Shown: one piece after another, positions 61,981 to 64,000 of the stretch
How the letters are laid out: each line of letters starts with the position of its first letter
How positions within the stretch are numbered: position 1 is the first letter of the stretch
Assembly (NCBI GenBank): GCA_963771175.1
Contig: CAVYSY010000001.1
Location: forward strand, 1-64,000
Origin: an uncultured delta proteobacterium
Lineage (GTDB): Bacteria; Myxococcota; Myxococcia; Myxococcales; Myxococcaceae
DNA length: 64,000 nt
Reading direction: 5' to 3'
The notes under the pieces: model-generated
Told to the model about the DNA's origin: nothing
Seen by the model: only the letters and a program-made list of their open reading frames with translations
The model's database searches: none
Position numbers and translations under genes: made by a program

Positions 61981-64000
61981 GTGATCCACTCGCCCACTCA
62001 CGTCTACTCCCAGGCCGCGCAGGCCTTCCGCCACTTCTTCCCGGAGCTGCGCGAGGCCTATCTCGAGCGCGAGACGCTCTTCACCCAGATCGAGCTCGCG
62101 CTGCTGTGCCGGGAGCACGTGCTGGTGGTGGGCCCGCCGGGCACCGCCAAGAGCGCCATCGCCTCGTCGGTGCTGGGGCGCATCGTCGACGAGAAGACCG
62201 GGCAGCCCTCGCTCTTCTCCAAGCAGCTCGCCGAGTCCACGGTGCAGACGGACCTCATCGGCCCGGTGGACTTCAAGGTGCTCACCGAGACCGGCCGCAC
62301 CGAGTACCTCACCGAGGACGGCATGCTCGGCGCCATGCACGCCTTCCTCGACGAGGTCTTCGACGGGCGCGACATGCTGCTGCGCTCGATCCTCAACGTG
62401 CTGCACGAGCGCGAGCTCAAGCACGGCCGCCGGGTGACGACCGGGCGCATCGAGTGCGCGATCATGACCAGCAACCGCTACCTCTCGGAGGTGCTGGCGC
62501 GCTCGCCGGAGCTGCTGCTCGCCTTCGCCGACCGGCTCGGCCTTCATCTGCTTCGTGCCCAAGACCTTCGCCCGGCGCCCCAGCCGCGCGGCGATGCTGC
62601 ACCGCGTCGCCGCAAGGACCAGCGGCCGGAGCTGCGCGCCGCGCTGACCCTGCAGCAGCTCGACGTGCTCCAGGCGGCCGTGGAGCGGGTGGAGGTGCCC
62701 AGCCACGTCGCTCGAGGCCCTCGAGATGCTCGCCGACGAGCTGGAGCGCGCGCTCGCGGCCCAGGTCGGTCCAAGCTGCCCGACTACGTGCCCACCAAGT
62801 ACTTCTCGCAGCGCTCGGTGGTGAAGGCGCTGTGGGCGCTCAAGGCCGCGGTGGTGCGCGATCGGATCTACCGCCGCCCGGACGCGCTCGCTGGAGGCCA
62901 CCGTCGAGGATCTCGAGGTGCTGCGCTGCTTCTTCCTGCTCGGCGGGCCGCAGGCCGGAGGAGTCCGACGTGCTCCTCAAGGTGGCGGTGGATCCGCGCG
63001 AGCGCGCGCAGCTGGAGATCGTCCGCGTCGAGCAGAAGGCCTTCGACGCGGCGCTGACCAAGGTGCGCGCCGAGCTGGGCACGGGCGTGGAGCGCGAGGC
63101 GACGGCACTTGGCGCGGCCGATGACCTCAAGTCCGTGGAGGCGCTCGCGCGCAACTTCCAGCCCGGCATCGTCTCCACCGCGGCGCAGCGCCTGCGCACC
63201 AAGCTCGTCCCGGGGCCCCGCCACCCGGAAAACCGGGGAGCGCTGCTGGGCGCCGCGCGCGGGCTGCTCGCGGCGGTGGAGCAGCGGGTGGCGCGCGGGC
63301 CCATCGAGGGCTCCGAGGCCCGGCCGGGAGTGGCCGTGTTCTCCGCGCTCGTGGACACGCTGGAGCTGTGTCGCCTGGTGCCCGGAGCTGCGTCCGCAGG
63401 CTGCAGGTCCTGTGCGAGTCGGTGGCGCGCTTCGTCATGCAGGCGCTCGAGGTGATGGCGCTGAACGCCGAGAGCCTCGACTTCGACGAGGCGGTGGCGC
63501 TGGAGGCACTCGTCGGGCTCGCGGACAACCTCTCCGAGGAGCTGGGCCGGGTGGATCGAGCTCCTGGCGCTGCTCGCCGAGGGCAGCTCGGCCGCGGCGG
63601 TGCGGCTGCGGGCAGGGGAGTCCGAGTCGCGCCGGCGTGCCGTGGCGGCCCTGCGCCAGCGCGCGACGACCGCCTTCCCGGGCTCGAGGGGCCGGAGGGA
63701 TCCGCTCGATGCGCTCGCGGCCGACTCGCGCCGGCTCGGTCAGCTCGAGCAGGCCCTGTGCAAGCTGGATCCGGCGCAGCGCGGCCTCAAGCAGGAGCTG
63801 CTGCAGCCGCTCGGGTTCGCCTACGCGCGGGACGTGCTGTCCACCACGCTCTTCGAGCGCATCGACCAGCTCGCGCGCACGGTACAGTCGGTGGCGGAGA
63901 ACCTGCGGCGCGAGGGTCTGGCGCCGGAGCCCGTGTTCGCCGAGTGCCGGGAGATGCTCGAGGTGCGCCTGCGCGAGTACGTGCGCGACCTCGGTCGCGA
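61981..64000 (+). CDS. MoxR/RavA-like AAA+ ATPase with long helical C-terminus (frameshifted, runs off window end)
   Basis: EHVLVVGPPGTAKS, DLIGP, AFLDEVF, LNVLHER, TSN and AFADR. Confidence 0.85.

Overview
High-GC window that looks like a mosaic of fragments from different organisms rather than one locus. Genes stop abruptly at about 2.5, 12.4 and 19.8 kb, where the apparent taxonomic style changes. Lineage labels are my impression from gene content, not a search result: Acidobacteria-like about 2.5-12.4 kb, actinobacterial (Solirubrobacterales-like) about 12.4-19.8 kb, and myxobacterial for most of 19.8-64 kb. Many genes, including dnaK and msrA, carry several frameshifts that are best explained as long-read indel errors. 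The most interesting systems are: (1) a compact operon of FkbH-carrier protein, glycosyltransferase, glycosyltransferase-thioesterase and NCS1 permease, with no A/C/KS domain and matching NRPS-type docking motifs, suggesting thiotemplated synthesis of a glycosylated glycerate; (2) a SulP transporter followed by a six-gene hydrogenase-4-like (Ehr) complex whose large subunit lacks the Ni ligands and whose small subunit lacks most Fe-S ligands; (3) a four-gene phospholipid/desaturase operon next to a duplicated tRNA-Glu 3' end. The window also holds four tRNAs, an FG-GAP repeat surface protein, an IS91-like remnant and housekeeping genes (greB, PIN-PhoH, dnaK).
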